Shown: positions 62,543 to 64,000 of the stretch, piece after piece
How positions within the stretch are numbered: position 1 is the first letter of the stretch
Layout: each line of letters begins with the position of its first letter
NCBI GenBank assembly: GCA_002269645.1
Contig: NIVC01000032.1
Span: 1,364,001-1,428,000, forward strand
Reading direction: 5' to 3'
Length of the DNA: 64,000 bases
Source of the DNA: Macrostomum lignano
Lineage: Eukaryota
Translations under genes and position numbers: made by a program
The notes under the pieces: generated by a model
The model's database searches: none
Seen by the model: the letters and a program-made list of their open reading frames with translations, nothing else
What the model was told of the DNA's origin: nothing

Positions 62543-64000
62543 TCAGTTTGACCCCAGCGAGGCGGCAGATTTTGGCCTCGGCAGCCGACTGGCAGAAGTC
62601 GATCGAAATTTTCTAGCAACAGCACCGGAGCTTTGCCGCTGCTCAGTTTGAGACGCCGGCATAGGCCAGTAGTTGCGGCGCCGATTGGCATGTTGCCGAT
62701 GTTGCTGCTTTTGCATCAGCTGGAGCCGGTCAAGAAGACTGCATAGGCGAGCTAACGAATTCAAACTGGCTGGTGTGCCCTGTCTCAGCAGGGCTAGCGG
62801 GCGATAGTTACGCTTGAGTAGGTCGGTGTTTGAGCACAGGTGCTTTAGCCAGGCTGACAAGAAACCGGCACTGCAGATAAAGTTTGCTTTTTTACTTTAG
62901 TCATTAAATTTGAGCACAAATACTAGGAAAGCAAATCCCATTAATCTCTTAACCATGCAATCTAATCAAAACACTTATTGACAATCCACTAGGGTTGTAG
63001 CCTCCTCAAGACTCACGACTGAAAGGTTAGGGGTTCGTTTCCCGATCCCACTGGAACAATTTGTGTCCTTGAGAGCAAGACACTCAACTCTGCATTGCTT
63101 GAGTTCACCCAGCTGTAAAATGGGTGCCAGCATTAGCTGGGGGAATTGAGGGTGTGTGTGGCGACCCCCCCCCCCCCAGTCCTTGGACTGAACAGCCTTT
63201 AGACTGCGCCACACAGTAGCTGCGGCCATACATGCGCAACCTTCAAAAATCGGTCGGCCGTGTGACTTAGTTTTAATAAAAATGCGACGTAGTTTTTGGC
63301 CAAAAAATGCGACTTACATATTAAAAAAACCCAAGCAAAATTAACGCAACTTTGGGTAAACAACATGAGTAACTATGACTGTCTTATTAAGCCAACATGC
63401 CTCGTCAGCTACTTAGTACTACCACTTGAGTATCTGTTCGGGTGGGCATTTTGCGACTTCTTTGTTTGGCTGCCAAATCGGTCGGCCGTCGGCCGACTCG
63501 GCCGACTGTTATGCATGTATGGCTGCGGCTGTGTCGGTTGCGCATCTGCCTATTATGGCAGGTGTAATCAATTAACTATGCTTTTCTCCTAAACCTCCCA
63601 TTCCATGTATCAAAGCTAATTTCCACTCACTTTAAACAGGCAACGACAAAGGCATCGAATCGGCCCTGTTCGCCATTTGATTCGCTTTTCGAAGCATTTA
63701 TTTGACGCACAATGGCCGACAGCTTTGGACCAATCGGTACTGCGGAAATTTGGAAATGTAAAATCAATAGATTGAGACGCAAAGCAATCGAACCCCCCTC
63801 GTTCGTGGGTTCTGAGACTCACCGCAACTGGCACAAGACTCTTCAACCAGCAGACACAGCGGCGAAGCCATCAGTCTGCTTTTCTTTAACAGCAGATTTC
63901 TCTGTTGAACAGTTCTAGCCTTGCTAACATTGCCGCCAAATTGGTTGACAAATTCGGCTGTGGACCAAGCGCTGGACATTGCTAAACCGTTGCTAACTAG
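62543..64000 (-). CDS. RUN-domain protein, 3' exons of copy 3 (5' part lies beyond the window)
   Basis: Exons >64000-63823, 63739-63631, 62870-62543 are open and phase-consistent. Confidence 0.75.

Larger units (their letters stand above)
49552..64000. repeat. Segmental tandem duplication, unit 3 (runs off the window)
   Basis: Near-identical to unit 2 over 49.5-58.8 kb and a patchwork of unit 1/unit 2 variants thereafter. Confidence 0.95.

Overview
Eukaryotic (metazoan) genomic DNA with GT-AG spliceosomal introns, extremely rich in minisatellites. The style resembles a free-living flatworm such as Macrostomum, but that is an inference and not a database result. The unique left part (1-14.6 kb) holds a PLAC8/cornifelin gene (+), a 9-exon secreted phospholipase B1-like GDSL lipase (-) and a 3-exon glycogen-targeting PP1 subunit (RVxF + CBM21, +). 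From ~14.65 kb to the window end is a head-to-tail triplication of a ~17.4-17.5 kb unit, with junctions at ~32032 and ~49552. Each unit carries an equilibrative nucleoside transporter (+), an 8-exon carboxypeptidase B-like M14A gene (+) and the 3' part of a RUN-domain gene (-). The breakpoints cut the ENT and RUN genes, so only the carboxypeptidase is copied whole. At the second junction an ATG from the antisense strand of ENT exon 1 is in frame with the RUN exons, giving a predicted 491-aa chimeric ORF. Other notable features: three non-autonomous DNA-transposon families with 8-bp-type TSDs (one carries its own minisatellite), a CORE-SINE-like element, an 855-bp retro-like insertion with a 13-bp TSD, an 87-bp tandem repeat built from the two ends of a terminal exon, and a private minisatellite in almost every large intron. 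Most long ORFs in the supplied track are repeat artefacts. All gene models were built by hand from splice signals and motifs.
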